From: an uncultured Bacteroidales bacterium
Lineage (GTDB): Bacteria > Bacteroidota > Bacteroidia > Bacteroidales > VadinHA17
Direction: 5' to 3'
DNA length: 64,000 bases
NCBI GenBank assembly: GCA_963809855.1
Contig: CAWELF010000002.1
Location: 61,646 to 125,645, forward strand
The position numbers and the translations under genes are program-made. Below, in pieces: positions 1 to 13,809 of this stretch (positions within the stretch are counted from its first letter, which is position 1; the number at the start of each line of letters is the position of its first letter). A model generated the notes under the pieces. The model had not been told where the DNA came from. It saw only the letters and a list, made by a program, of their open reading frames with translations, and searched no databases.

Positions 1-726
1 GACTTTTTCGAAAGCGAAAAACAGGATATGATTAAGTACTATCTGGATATTCTCGACGACGCAGCTGCATTCCGGATGATGGTCTACTTCCATGGTTGTA
101 TAGTTCCTCGCGGGTGGTCGCGTACATACCCGAATCTGATGTCACTTGAAGGTGTTCGTGGTGCAGAATGGTATAACAATGGACCTGAATTAACTACAAC
201 CGCGCCGGAGCACAATACAGTACTTCCATTTACCCGGAATGTTGTTGGGCCAATGGATTACACTCCGGTTGAATTTACAAATTCTCAAAATCCTCATATG
301 ACTTCATATGGTCATGAGCTGGCACTTAGCGTTGTATTTGAATCAGGTATTCAGCACTTTGCAGACCGCCCGGATGGATATCTTGGATTGCCTGATGCTG
401 CAAAGATATTCCTCAGGGAAGTACCGACAGCCTGGGATGATATAAAACTGGTAGATGGTTATCCTGGTCGCGATATTATCATTGCACGTCAGAAGGGTGA
501 TTCATGGTACCTAGGAGGTCTGAATGCAGAAAGATTTGAAAAGACTAAAGCTCTTACATTTAAGTTTTTACCTGAAGGCGTAAAATTTAAACTTACATTA
601 ATCGCTGATGGTAAACACGACAAGGACTTTTCTACGCAATATTTCGTTGTAGATAAAACAAGCACTTTAAATGTAAGGATGCTTCGCCGTGGTGGATTTG
701 CTGCAAAATTGAGTCCTGTACAATAA
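1..726 (+). CDS. Glycoside hydrolase family 97 (SusB-like alpha-glucosidase/alpha-galactosidase), C-terminal part; the 5' end lies outside the window
   Basis: Frame 1 is open from nt 1 (DFFESEKQDM...) to the stop at 724-726. The segment FHGCIVPRGWSRTYPNLMSLEGVRGAEWY and the C-terminal beta-sandwich resemble GH97 as I remember it. The family call is by recognition only. Confidence 0.7.
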   Translation, partial: DFFESEKQDMIKYYLDILDDAAAFRMMVYFHGCIVPRGWSRTYPNLMSLEGVRGAEWYNNGPELTTTAPEHNTVLPFTRNVVGPMDYTPVEFTNSQNPHMTSYGHELALSVVFESGIQHFADRPDGYLGLPDAAKIFLREVPTAWDDIKLVDGYPGRDIIIARQKGDSWYLGGLNAERFEKTKALTFKFLPEGVKFKLTLIADGKHDKDFSTQYFVVDKTSTLNVRMLRRGGFAAKLSPVQ

Positions 727-773
727 TAGAATCCCTCATAGCATTAGTTAACTAATAGGTAATTAAATCAGAA

Positions 774-3368
774 ATGAAAAAAAGTTTGCTCATTATAGTA
801 GGTTTTGTAATTACTTTAAGCCTGACGGGACAGCAATTCCCATTTCAGAATCCTTATCTGAAAACCGAGGAACGGGTAAAAGACCTGGTATCCCGATTAA
901 CATTGGAAGAAAAAGTTGCCCTGATGTGCGACCAGTCGGATGCCATCCCTCGTCTCGGGATAAAAAAGTTTAACTGGTGGAGCGAAGCTCTTCATGGACT
1001 GGCAAATAATACTGACGTAACTGTCTTCCCTGAACCGGTTGGTATGGCTTCCTCCTTCGATGATGAATTGGTATTTAATATATTTGATGCGGTATCAGAC
1101 GAAACCCGTGCCAAATATAATGATGCGAAACAGAAGGGACAGGAAAACAAACGTTTCTTAAGTCTTTCCGTATGGACTCCCAATGTTAACATTTTTCGCG
1201 ATCCGCGCTGGGGGCGTGGGCAGGAAACATATGGCGAAGATCCTTACCTGACATCTCGTATGGGGGTTTCTGTGGTTAAAGGATTACAGGGTCCTGCCGA
1301 CTCAAAGTACAGAAAACTTCTGGCCTGTGCCAAACATTATGCAGTTCATTCTGGTCCTGAATCTACACGTCATAGCCTTAACTTGAATAATGTCAGTCCG
1401 CGCGAACTTTGGGAAACATATCTACCTGCTTTTAAATCGTTGGTTCAGGATGCAGATGTACGTGAGGTAATGTGTGCCTATCAGAGTCTGGATGATGAGC
1501 CATGCTGTGGTAATACCCGGTTACTCCAGAAAATTTTACGTGATGAATGGGGTTTTAAATACCTGGTCGTTTCAGATTGCGATGCAATTGCCGATTTTTA
1601 TAATGGGCATAATGTTTCATCCGATCCTACGCATGCTTCTGCAAAAGCTGTTTTGGCAGGAACCGATGTTGAATGCGCATGGCAGTCGTATGCTTTTAAA
1701 GATTTGCCCGATGCCATTGAAAAAGGTTTGACTTCTGAAGTGGAAATTAACAATCATCTCATGAGGGTGTTAACAGGGCGTTTCGACCTTGGTGAAATGG
1801 ACGAAGATGCATTGGTCCCATGGACAAAAATCCCTGCTTCTGTAATAAATAATGAGGAGCATAGAAAGCTTGCCCTTGATATGGCGCGTGAATCTCTGAC
1901 GCTTCTTCAGAATAATAACAATATTCTTCCTCTGAAGAAGTCAGTCAAAAAAATAGCAGTGATCGGACCAAATGCCAATGACGCAGCAATGCTTTGGGGT
2001 AATTATAACGGAACTCCGGTAAGGACAATCACAATCCTTGATGGAATTAAATCAAAACTATCCGCCGACAAAATTCTGTACGATAAAGGATGTGAACTGG
2101 TTGATAATAATGACATTGAAAGCTATATTCCAAATTGTTCATTTGGGGGCACAAAAGGCTTTAAAGCTACCTACTGGAATAATCAGGATTTTAAAGGAAG
2201 TGCAGTACTTACACAATTTTTGGCAACTCCCATTCTTCAATCTGTTTCAGGGAAGAATACATTTGCTAGCGGAGTTGATCAAAATAAGTTTTCTGTTAAA
2301 TATGAAACTGTTTTTGAACCGATAAAGGATGAAACTATTGTCCTGAGATATGGTGGCACCGGATTATTTGAGCTGAAAATAAATGGAGAATCAATTAAAA
2401 AATATAGTAACTGGAGAACTGTGATTGCTAAAACTCCTTTCAGGGTTGAAAAGGGTAAAAAGTATAATATTGAGATCAGTCTTACTCAACAGAATGATTG
2501 GTTGGCAAATATCGATTTCAATTTTGGCAAAGAAAAAGATGTTGATTATAGTAACCTCATTAAGAAACTTCAGGGAATTGATCTGGTTATCTTTGCCGGA
2601 GGTCTTTCAACCCAGGTAGAAGGTGAAGAAATGCCTGTGGAACTGCCTGGTTTCAAGGGTGGTGACCGTACCGATATAGAACTTCCTGCTATTCAGCGCA
2701 ATTGTTTACAGGCTTTGAAACAGGCCGGAAAGAAAATAGTTTTCATAAACTGTTCCGGTTCTGCTGTTGGACTGGTGCCGGAAACTCAAAGTTGCGATGC
2801 GATCCTTCAAGCCTGGTATGCAGGTGAATCAGGTGGTCAGGCGATAGCTGATGTGCTTTTTGGCGATTTTAATCCTTCCGGAAAATTACCTATTACCTTC
2901 TATAAGAACTTACAGCAATTACCCGGTTTTGAGGATTATTCAATGAAAGGCCGGACTTATCGTTACATGTCCGATCCTCTCTTTCCGTTTGGATTTGGAT
3001 TGAGCTACACAACTTTTTCAATAGGACAAGCCCATATCTTTAGTAATGAAATCAATAATGGGGGTGGAGTTGAACTTACAATTCCGATAGATAACACAGG
3101 CAAAAGAGACGGAACAGAAATAATCCAGGTTTACATTCATAAAGTTAATGACTCGGATGGCCCGCTTAAGACATTAAAAGGTTTTAAAAGGGTTAAATTA
3201 GCCGCCGGTAAATCAAGTGATGTCAACATTAGTCTGCAAAAAGCCGCATTCGAGTTTTACAACAAGACAAACGGAAAAATGGATGTTACCCCAGGTTCTT
3301 ATGAAGTCTGGTATGGAAACAGCTCCAATACTAAGGATTTAAAAACACTGCTTGTTACTGTTCAATAA
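774..3368 (+). CDS. GH3 beta-glucosidase/beta-xylosidase with a PA14 insertion
   Basis: 864-aa ORF with a signal peptide. GH3 motifs are WWSEALHG, FRDPRWGRGQETYGEDP, KHYAVHSGPE and the nucleophile region YLVVSDCDAI. A PA14-like block (KATYWNNQDFKGSAV...) interrupts the alpha/beta sandwich, and the tail is Fn3-like (GFGLSYTTF...IQVYIH). Confidence 0.9.
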   Translation: MKKSLLIIVGFVITLSLTGQQFPFQNPYLKTEERVKDLVSRLTLEEKVALMCDQSDAIPRLGIKKFNWWSEALHGLANNTDVTVFPEPVGMASSFDDELVFNIFDAVSDETRAKYNDAKQKGQENKRFLSLSVWTPNVNIFRDPRWGRGQETYGEDPYLTSRMGVSVVKGLQGPADSKYRKLLACAKHYAVHSGPESTRHSLNLNNVSPRELWETYLPAFKSLVQDADVREVMCAYQSLDDEPCCGNTRLLQKILRDEWGFKYLVVSDCDAIADFYNGHNVSSDPTHASAKAVLAGTDVECAWQSYAFKDLPDAIEKGLTSEVEINNHLMRVLTGRFDLGEMDEDALVPWTKIPASVINNEEHRKLALDMARESLTLLQNNNNILPLKKSVKKIAVIGPNANDAAMLWGNYNGTPVRTITILDGIKSKLSADKILYDKGCELVDNNDIESYIPNCSFGGTKGFKATYWNNQDFKGSAVLTQFLATPILQSVSGKNTFASGVDQNKFSVKYETVFEPIKDETIVLRYGGTGLFELKINGESIKKYSNWRTVIAKTPFRVEKGKKYNIEISLTQQNDWLANIDFNFGKEKDVDYSNLIKKLQGIDLVIFAGGLSTQVEGEEMPVELPGFKGGDRTDIELPAIQRNCLQALKQAGKKIVFINCSGSAVGLVPETQSCDAILQAWYAGESGGQAIADVLFGDFNPSGKLPITFYKNLQQLPGFEDYSMKGRTYRYMSDPLFPFGFGLSYTTFSIGQAHIFSNEINNGGGVELTIPIDNTGKRDGTEIIQVYIHKVNDSDGPLKTLKGFKRVKLAAGKSSDVNISLQKAAFEFYNKTNGKMDVTPGSYEVWYGNSSNTKDLKTLLVTVQ

Positions 3369-3372
3369 ATAA

Positions 3373-6552
<3,180 letters not shown>

Positions 6553-6640
6553 ATAAAGTTGTTTGACAAGAATCGATGACAGTATAGTAATTTGCATAAC
6601 CAAAATTATAGTAAACAATAATTTCAAATAAAAGGCATTA

Positions 6641-8683
6641 ATGAAAAACACAAGATGCATTAGAAAAGCTGCCATTAGTGGCCTGATTTCAATTTTCAGC
6701 CTGATCGGGTTTGGACGGTTATCGGCCCAAACCGTTTGGCTCGACCAGTTAGACCTCAGTGGTGCTACTCAGGGGTATGGTACTCCAATGAAAAACAGAT
6801 CTCTTGATAATAAAGTGCTTACAATCGCAGGCAAGACTTTTGAACGCGGTTTTGGAAGCCATGCTGAAAGTTCCATAACCATCCTGCTTAATGGAAAAGC
6901 GACCAGATTCATAGCCAGGACAGGTATTGATGATGAGGTAAAAGGCCAGCAGCCTGCTGCTGAGTTTATTGTTATTGGCGATGGTAAAAAATTGTGGTCA
7001 AGTGGGATTATGCGTTTAGGCGATACAGCCAGATCCTGTTCTGTGAATCTTGTTGGAATACAGAAACTTGAATTGTTTGTGAACGATGGAGGCAACGGTA
7101 ATTTTTATGACCATGTTGACTGGGTTGATGCAAGATTTGAGACCAATGGTGTGAATACATTTGCTATTTTCAATCCGGTGTCAGTCGAACCCTATATACT
7201 TACCCCTGCACCTCCTGTAGAACCAAGAATAACCGGCGCCAAAGTTTTTGGGGTACGTCCGGGCTCACCTTTTCAATTCCTGGCAACAGCTACCGGCGAC
7301 CGGCCTATGACTTTTGCTGCTTCCGGATTGCCTGCAGGATTAACGATTAACACTCAAACAGGTCTCATTACCGGCAAGCTCACAACTGCAGGAACTTATA
7401 TTGTTACCCTTGAAGCTAAAAATGCAAAAGGCAAATCCCAAAGGAAACTACGTGTTGAATGTGGCGACAGGATTGCCCTCACCCCGGCAATGGGATGGAA
7501 TAGTTGGAACTGTTTTGCTCAAGAGGTTTCTGCTGATAAAGTGAAAAGAGCGGCAAATGCCATGGTGAAAAGCGGGCTTATTAACCATGGCTGGACTTTC
7601 ATCAATGTCGACGATTTCTGGCAGAACCACCGCGATTCAAAAGACCAGTCACTGCGTGGCAAGTTTCGAGATGAGAAAGGAAATATTATTCCTAACTCGC
7701 GGTTTGTTGATATGAAAGGACTTGCAGATTATGTGCATAGCCTTGGGTTAAAAATAGGTCTTTATTCCAGTCCGGGTCCATGGACATGTGGCGGTTGTGC
7801 CGGAAGCTACAGCTATGAAAAACAGGATGCTGAAACTTATGCAAAATGGGGTTTCGATTATCTGAAATATGATTGGTGCAGTTATGGTAACGTAATAAAT
7901 GGCTTACCCGAAAACGATCCTTATAAAGTGTCTTCACTGTCGTACAAGGGTGGGGATGTCCTCCCTACAGCAATAGCACCGTTTAAAGTTATGGGTGATT
8001 TTCTTCGCCAGCAGCCCCGCGATATCGTATATAGCGTGTGTCAGTACGGTATGTCGGATGTGTGGAAGTGGGGTGGTTCTGTTGGTGGCAATAGCTGGCG
8101 CACCACAAATGATATTACCGACACATGGTCAAGCCTTAAAAGCATAGCTCTGGATCAGGATAAATCTTCAGCCTATGCCAAGCCTGGCAACTGGAACGAC
8201 CCTGATATGCTCGTAGTAGGTACAGTAGGCTGGGGTAACCCACACAAAAGCAAACTTAAGCCAGACGAACAGTACCTCCACATTAGTCTATGGAGTCTGT
8301 TCTCTTCACCGCTTCTGATTGGTTGCGATATGGAGAAATTTGATGACTTCACACTGAACTTACTTACAAATGATGAAGTTATTGAAATTAATCAGGATCC
8401 TCTTGGCAAGGAAGCTACCTGTGTTCAGACAATTGGCGATTTGCGCATCTATATGAAAGAACTTGAAGATGGTAACCGGGCTTTTGGATTCTGCAACTTC
8501 GGGCTCGACGTAATTGATCTGTCATATAAAGATTTTGATAAAATTAGCCTTAACGGGCGCTTTATTGTACGCGATCTCTGGCGTCAAAAGGATATAACCA
8601 ATATCGATACTAAAACTAGTCAGCTTGCCCTTAAAGTACCTGCCCACGGCGTACTTCTTTATAAATTCACTTCTGCGAAATAG
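6641..8683 (+). CDS. NPCBM-like module + Ig-like domain + GH27 alpha-galactosidase
   Basis: Signal peptide; an N-terminal WLDQLDLS...FERGFGSHA...DHVDWVDARF pattern typical of NPCBM/NEW2; an Ig-like FAASGLPAGLTINTQTGLITGK segment; GH27 motifs MGWNSWN and DYLKYDWC. Confidence 0.85.
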   Translation: MKNTRCIRKAAISGLISIFSLIGFGRLSAQTVWLDQLDLSGATQGYGTPMKNRSLDNKVLTIAGKTFERGFGSHAESSITILLNGKATRFIARTGIDDEVKGQQPAAEFIVIGDGKKLWSSGIMRLGDTARSCSVNLVGIQKLELFVNDGGNGNFYDHVDWVDARFETNGVNTFAIFNPVSVEPYILTPAPPVEPRITGAKVFGVRPGSPFQFLATATGDRPMTFAASGLPAGLTINTQTGLITGKLTTAGTYIVTLEAKNAKGKSQRKLRVECGDRIALTPAMGWNSWNCFAQEVSADKVKRAANAMVKSGLINHGWTFINVDDFWQNHRDSKDQSLRGKFRDEKGNIIPNSRFVDMKGLADYVHSLGLKIGLYSSPGPWTCGGCAGSYSYEKQDAETYAKWGFDYLKYDWCSYGNVINGLPENDPYKVSSLSYKGGDVLPTAIAPFKVMGDFLRQQPRDIVYSVCQYGMSDVWKWGGSVGGNSWRTTNDITDTWSSLKSIALDQDKSSAYAKPGNWNDPDMLVVGTVGWGNPHKSKLKPDEQYLHISLWSLFSSPLLIGCDMEKFDDFTLNLLTNDEVIEINQDPLGKEATCVQTIGDLRIYMKELEDGNRAFGFCNFGLDVIDLSYKDFDKISLNGRFIVRDLWRQKDITNIDTKTSQLALKVPAHGVLLYKFTSAK

Positions 8684-8745
8684 GTACGGGAATGTATAGT
8701 CAAATTGTTAATAGTCAAACCAATATAATCAAAATTTCAGGAATT

Positions 8746-11139
8746 ATGAAACGTCTTTACATCATGCTTTTAACAGTTTTTATGGTAGGTTTGAGCGCAA
8801 CGGCTCAATCTTATCAAAAAACCGAACTTGGAGTTAAATCAGTAATTAGCTCAGTTGGAGTTGAGATTCAATTCTACAGCCCAAAAATTGTCAGGATACT
8901 GAAATGGCCAGATGGCAAAACATTTAAGAAAGAAAGTCTTTCTGTAATTATGACGCCACAGAAAACATCTTTCGGAGTAAAACAATCAGGCGACCTTCTG
9001 ACATTGAAAAGTGAGAACCTTGAAGTAGTACTGAATCTGAAAACAGGTAAGATTTCTTATTCAACGACAAAGGGTGAGACTCTTTTAGGTGAGAAAGAAA
9101 AGGGTGTCCTTTTCACAGATTTCAACGATGCAGGGACAAAGACTTATACTGTATCTCAGTCATTTCTTCTTGATAAAGATGAATCCATTTATGGTTTAGG
9201 TGAGCAACAGCAGGGAAAAATGGTTCAGCGCAACATAAAACTTAATATGATTCAGGGTAACACAGATGATTATGTGCCGTTTTTTGTTTCTGTAAAAGGT
9301 TATGGTCTGTATTGGGATAATTATTCACCTACTCTTTTTGTTGACACTCCTGATGAGACCTCATTCAAGTCGGATGTTGGCGATTGTATGGATTATTATT
9401 TTATGTATGGTGCTAATGCTGATGGTGTTATTGCCAATATGCGTGATTTGACTGGTCAGGTGCCGATGTTTCCATTATGGACATTTGGTTATTTTCAAAG
9501 CAAAGAGCGTTATAAAACTCAGGATGAAGTTGTCGGTATTGTGAAAAAATACCGCGACCTCGGAGTCCCATTTGACGGCATCATTCAGGATTGGCAGTAC
9601 TGGGGAAATAATTACCTGTGGAACGCAATGGAATTCCTTAATGTTGAATATCCCAATCCAAAGAAAATGATTGACGATGTACATAACCTTAATGCTCACA
9701 TGCTGATTTCTATATGGAATTCATTTGGTCCTATGACTAAACAATATAAGGAACTTGATAAAATAGGGGCGCTGATGAATTTTCAGACATGGCCTCAGTC
9801 AGGTTCCGAAAAATGGCCTCCTAACAGGGAGTACCCTTCAGGTGTAAAAGTCTACGATCCTTTTAATCCAGAGGCCCGCGATATCTACTGGAAATATCTG
9901 AATAAAGGTATCTTCTCGCTCGGGATGGACGGTTGGTGGATGGATTCATCGGAACCCGACCATCTGGATTTCGATCCTTCCGATCTCGATAACAAAACAT
10001 ATCTTGGTTCGTTCCGTAAGGTACGTAATGCGTTTCCTTTAATGACTGTTGGTGGATTATATGACCATCAGAGAGCCACAAGTTCCGACAAACGCGTGTT
10101 TATTCTCACCAGGTCAGGATTTGCAGGACAGCAGCGCTATGGAGCTAATGTATGGTCGGGAGATGTTACGGCATCATGGGATGCATTGAAAAATCAGATC
10201 AGCGCCGGATTAAACTTTTCACTAAGCGATATACCTTACTGGAATAGCGATATTGGTGGATTTTTCCTTAGCAGATTCAGAAAGAAACTCGACGATGCCG
10301 GCTACCGTGAACTTTATGCCCGCTGGATTCAATTTGGCACATTCTGCCCTATGATGCGCTCGCATGGCGCTGATGCCCCCCGTGAAATCTGGCAGTTCGG
10401 TAAAAAAGGTGACAAGGTTTATGACGCAATTGAAAAATATATAAACCTGAGGTATCGTCTTTTACCTTATATCTATTCTGCTTCCTGGGATGTTACGGCT
10501 AATCAGTCGAGCATGATGCGTGCCCTTATGATGGATTTTCCAAAAGACAAACCGGCTTTGGATATTAACGATCAGTATATGTTTGGAAAATCAATTCTGG
10601 TCTGCCCGGTAACTACACCAATGTATTCGAAGGACACAAATGAGGATTTTGGTCCTGTTAAATCAAAAGAACTGTACTTACCGAAAGGTGCTGACTGGTA
10701 TGATTTCTGGACAGGTAACAAATTAACGGGTGGACAAACTATCAAAAAAGAAACTCCACTGGATATTATACCATTATATATAAAGTCAGGTTCAATTCTT
10801 CCAATCGGTCCTAAAGTGCAATATGCATTGGAGAAGAAATGGGACAATCTTGAAATTCGTGTTTATGAAGGTGCGAATGGCCAGTACACTTTATATGAAG
10901 ATGAAAACGACAACTATAATTACGAAAAGGGAGTATTTTCCACTATAACTTTTTCCTGGGATGATGCTAAAAAAGCACTGACTATCAACGACAGAAAAGG
11001 AACATTCCCCGGAATGCTGGCAGAGCGTAAATTCAATATTGTTAAGGTCACAGCTGGTAATGGTACAGGAATGGATGAGGTTGTAAAGTACAATCAGGTT
11101 GTAGATTATAAGGGAGTTAAAGTTGTAGTTAAACTATAG
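8746..11139 (+). CDS. GH31 alpha-xylosidase/alpha-glucosidase
   Basis: The ORF track starts at 8692, but the ATG at 8746 opens a normal signal peptide (MKRLYIMLLTVFMVGLSATAQ). GH31 motifs are FDGIIQDWQYW, GMDGWWMDSSEPD and RSGFAGQQRYGANVWSGD. Confidence 0.88.
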   Translation: MKRLYIMLLTVFMVGLSATAQSYQKTELGVKSVISSVGVEIQFYSPKIVRILKWPDGKTFKKESLSVIMTPQKTSFGVKQSGDLLTLKSENLEVVLNLKTGKISYSTTKGETLLGEKEKGVLFTDFNDAGTKTYTVSQSFLLDKDESIYGLGEQQQGKMVQRNIKLNMIQGNTDDYVPFFVSVKGYGLYWDNYSPTLFVDTPDETSFKSDVGDCMDYYFMYGANADGVIANMRDLTGQVPMFPLWTFGYFQSKERYKTQDEVVGIVKKYRDLGVPFDGIIQDWQYWGNNYLWNAMEFLNVEYPNPKKMIDDVHNLNAHMLISIWNSFGPMTKQYKELDKIGALMNFQTWPQSGSEKWPPNREYPSGVKVYDPFNPEARDIYWKYLNKGIFSLGMDGWWMDSSEPDHLDFDPSDLDNKTYLGSFRKVRNAFPLMTVGGLYDHQRATSSDKRVFILTRSGFAGQQRYGANVWSGDVTASWDALKNQISAGLNFSLSDIPYWNSDIGGFFLSRFRKKLDDAGYRELYARWIQFGTFCPMMRSHGADAPREIWQFGKKGDKVYDAIEKYINLRYRLLPYIYSASWDVTANQSSMMRALMMDFPKDKPALDINDQYMFGKSILVCPVTTPMYSKDTNEDFGPVKSKELYLPKGADWYDFWTGNKLTGGQTIKKETPLDIIPLYIKSGSILPIGPKVQYALEKKWDNLEIRVYEGANGQYTLYEDENDNYNYEKGVFSTITFSWDDAKKALTINDRKGTFPGMLAERKFNIVKVTAGNGTGMDEVVKYNQVVDYKGVKVVVKL

Positions 11140-11171
11140 TCAGGCAGGGAGAGGTGTTGAAAAAGGCATTT

Positions 11172-11276
11172 TTAACGCAGAGTGCGCGGAGAAAATGCAG
11201 AGGACCGCAGAGTTAAAATATTGAATTTTAAAGCTTTGCGCACTTTGCGTATTTTCTTTGCGTTCTTTGCGGTTAA
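11172..11276. repeat. About 105-bp imperfect palindrome bounded by TTAAC...GTTAA (family copy A)
   Basis: The left arm is built of GCAGAG/GCGGAG units and the right arm of CTTTGC units, with a TTAAAAT/ATTTTAA apex. Related copies lie at 29752-29855 and 40966-41061. Confidence 0.8.
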
Positions 11277-11293
11277 CTCATAAAAAGAAAAAT

Positions 11294-13717
11294 ATGCTCA
11301 AAATTACGAAGTCCCTGTTTATTTTACTTGTATTGTTTACAACCTCTGTTATGAACATGAAAGCTCAGGAAATCATTCAAAGAAAACAGCTTTTTGATTA
11401 TAGCTGGAAATTCTTTTTGGGCGACAACCCTTCCACAAATACTGTTGGCTTTGACGATACCGGTTGGCGTAACCTCGATTTGCCTCACGATTGGAGTATT
11501 GAAGGAGTATTTGATACGAATAATCCGATGGGCAACGACGGAGGATACCTCCCTGCCGGTATTGGCTGGTACAGAAAAACATTCACTGTGCCGGCTGCCT
11601 GGAAGGATAAACTCATTTCAATATATTTTGAAGGTGTTTATATGAATTCAGAAGTCTTCATAAATGGAAAATCACTTGGGGTTTATCCTTATGGTTATTC
11701 GACTTTTAGTTACAACATTACTCCATATCTGAAACTGAATGGAGAGAACCTCTTGTCTGTCAAAGTTGACAACTCAAAGCAAAAAAATTCCCGCTGGTAC
11801 AGTGGTTCAGGTATTTACAGGCATGTGTGGATGATCGTTACCGATCCCGTCCATGTATCTCAATGGGGTGTTATCATTACAACCCCCGATGTTTCAGCTG
11901 AAAAAGCAACAATTCAGATTAAAACAAACGTAAAGAATGAAACCGGTTCGCAGCAAAGCATCGTTCTTAAAACCCGTCTGCTTGGCAAAAATGCCACTCT
12001 GGCAGGAGACAATCAGATTAAAGTAGTACTTCCTGCAAATAGCGAAAAGGAAATTGAGCAGTCCATTTCTGTGCTAAAACCATTGTTATGGACCCCCGAA
12101 ACACCTGATCTTTATCAGGCGGATGTAACAATATTGAAGGATAACAAGGTAATCGACAAAACCCAAAACACATTTGGGATACGATCGATAAAATTCACAA
12201 CAGAAAATGGTTTTCAGCTTAACGGTAAAACCGTAAAGCTTAATGGTGGATGCGTCCACCACGATAATGGTTGCCTGGGTGCTGCTGCTTTTAACCGTGC
12301 TGAAGAACGACGGGTTGAGCTTCTTAAATTGGCCGGATTTAACGCAATCCGTACATCACATAACCCACCGTCAGAAGCATTTCTTGATGCATGCGACAGA
12401 TTGGGGATGATGGTAGTTGATGAAGCCTTCGATGGCTGGAAAGAAAGTAAGACTCCCTATGATTATTCAATATATTTTAATGAATGGTGGCAACGCGATA
12501 TTGAAGCAATGGTTAAGCGCGACCGCAACCATCCTTCAATTGTCATTTGGAGTATAGGCAACGAAATAATTGAGAGAAAAAAACCTGAAGCTGTTGAAAC
12601 CGCAAAAATGCTTGCAAATTGTATTCGTAAGAATGATCCGACCCGACCTGTGACTTCAGCAATGACAACCTGGGACAGGGAGTGGGAAATGTTCGATGCC
12701 TTATTTGCTGCTCACGACATTGGCGGATACAATTATCAGTTAAACAGAGCTGCGGCCGACCACAAAAGAGTCCCTTCGAGAATTATTGTTCAAACAGAAT
12801 CCTATCCCAGAGATGCATTCGCAAACTGGAAGATGATCCAAAACAATAATTACATAATCGGCGATTTTGTCTGGACTGCACTGGATTATCTCGGAGAATC
12901 GGGTATTGGTCGCTGGTACTATCCGGGTGATATACCCGGTGAGCATTATCAGGGTAAGATATTTCCGTGGCATGCTGCTTACTGTGGCGATATTGACCTG
13001 ATCGGATGGAGGAAGCCTATATCGCACTACAGGAGCATGTTGTATAATGAAAATGAAAAACTCTATATGGCTGTTCGGGAACCAAATCCAGATTCAGGAA
13101 AAATAAAAACAACGGGATGGGCTGTCTGGCCAACATGGGAAAGCTGGACCTGGCCGGGTTATGAAGGAAAAATTATTCAGGTAGAGGTTTATTCCAAATA
13201 TCCTGCCGTCAGACTATACCTTAATAATAAACTAATCGGAGAGCAGGCTACAAAAATAGACCAACAGTTTAAAGCTGTATTTGACGTTCCCTACACTTCC
13301 GGTATCTTATCTGCTGTTGGTGTTACTGAGAATAAGGAATCAGAAAAAGTATTGCTCGAAACATCAGGTAAGGTTGAAAAAATAAAGCTGATACCCGACC
13401 GAAAAAAGATTTCAGCCGACGGGCAGGACTTATCTTTTGTTACAATTGAAGTGACCGATAAGGATGGAAAGCTTCAGCCGAATGCTAAAAATCAGCTGGA
13501 GTTCAGCGTAACCGGACCCGGAGTAATTGCCGGTGTCGATAATGCAGATATCAAAGACCTTGATCCGTATTATGCTACTTCACGCAAAGCCTGGCACGGG
13601 CGTGCATTAGTTGTTGTCAGAAGTGCAAAAAACGCCGGTGTTATTAAGCTTACTGTTCGATCGGAAGGATTGCCGGATGCTATTGCCACAATCGATACAG
13701 AAAAGGGAATTAAATAA
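11294..13717 (+). CDS. GH2 family glycosidase (beta-galactosidase-like, with a DUF4982/Ig-like C-terminal region)
   Basis: The ORF track starts at 11258, inside the palindromic repeat. The ATG at 11294 gives the signal peptide MLKITKSLFILLVLFTTSVMNMKAQ. Motifs are DLPHDWSIE, NAIRTSHNPPS and WSIGNEI (acid/base). Confidence 0.85.
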   Translation: MLKITKSLFILLVLFTTSVMNMKAQEIIQRKQLFDYSWKFFLGDNPSTNTVGFDDTGWRNLDLPHDWSIEGVFDTNNPMGNDGGYLPAGIGWYRKTFTVPAAWKDKLISIYFEGVYMNSEVFINGKSLGVYPYGYSTFSYNITPYLKLNGENLLSVKVDNSKQKNSRWYSGSGIYRHVWMIVTDPVHVSQWGVIITTPDVSAEKATIQIKTNVKNETGSQQSIVLKTRLLGKNATLAGDNQIKVVLPANSEKEIEQSISVLKPLLWTPETPDLYQADVTILKDNKVIDKTQNTFGIRSIKFTTENGFQLNGKTVKLNGGCVHHDNGCLGAAAFNRAEERRVELLKLAGFNAIRTSHNPPSEAFLDACDRLGMMVVDEAFDGWKESKTPYDYSIYFNEWWQRDIEAMVKRDRNHPSIVIWSIGNEIIERKKPEAVETAKMLANCIRKNDPTRPVTSAMTTWDREWEMFDALFAAHDIGGYNYQLNRAAADHKRVPSRIIVQTESYPRDAFANWKMIQNNNYIIGDFVWTALDYLGESGIGRWYYPGDIPGEHYQGKIFPWHAAYCGDIDLIGWRKPISHYRSMLYNENEKLYMAVREPNPDSGKIKTTGWAVWPTWESWTWPGYEGKIIQVEVYSKYPAVRLYLNNKLIGEQATKIDQQFKAVFDVPYTSGILSAVGVTENKESEKVLLETSGKVEKIKLIPDRKKISADGQDLSFVTIEVTDKDGKLQPNAKNQLEFSVTGPGVIAGVDNADIKDLDPYYATSRKAWHGRALVVVRSAKNAGVIKLTVRSEGLPDAIATIDTEKGIK

Positions 13718-13809
13718 TTCACTATTAAATACGCCTGATTAAGAAAGTGCCTTACAAGAAATTTCATGGATTTAAATCCAGTAATAGTTTATAATTTAAA
13801 ATTAAAATA

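Noticed and set aside
11258-11293. N-terminal extensions in the ORF track (11258 for GH2, 8692 for GH31, 52360 TTG for esterase 6)
   Set aside because: The extensions run through palindromic repeats or lack a signal-peptide context. Internal ATGs at 11294, 8746 and 52420 each open a canonical signal peptide.
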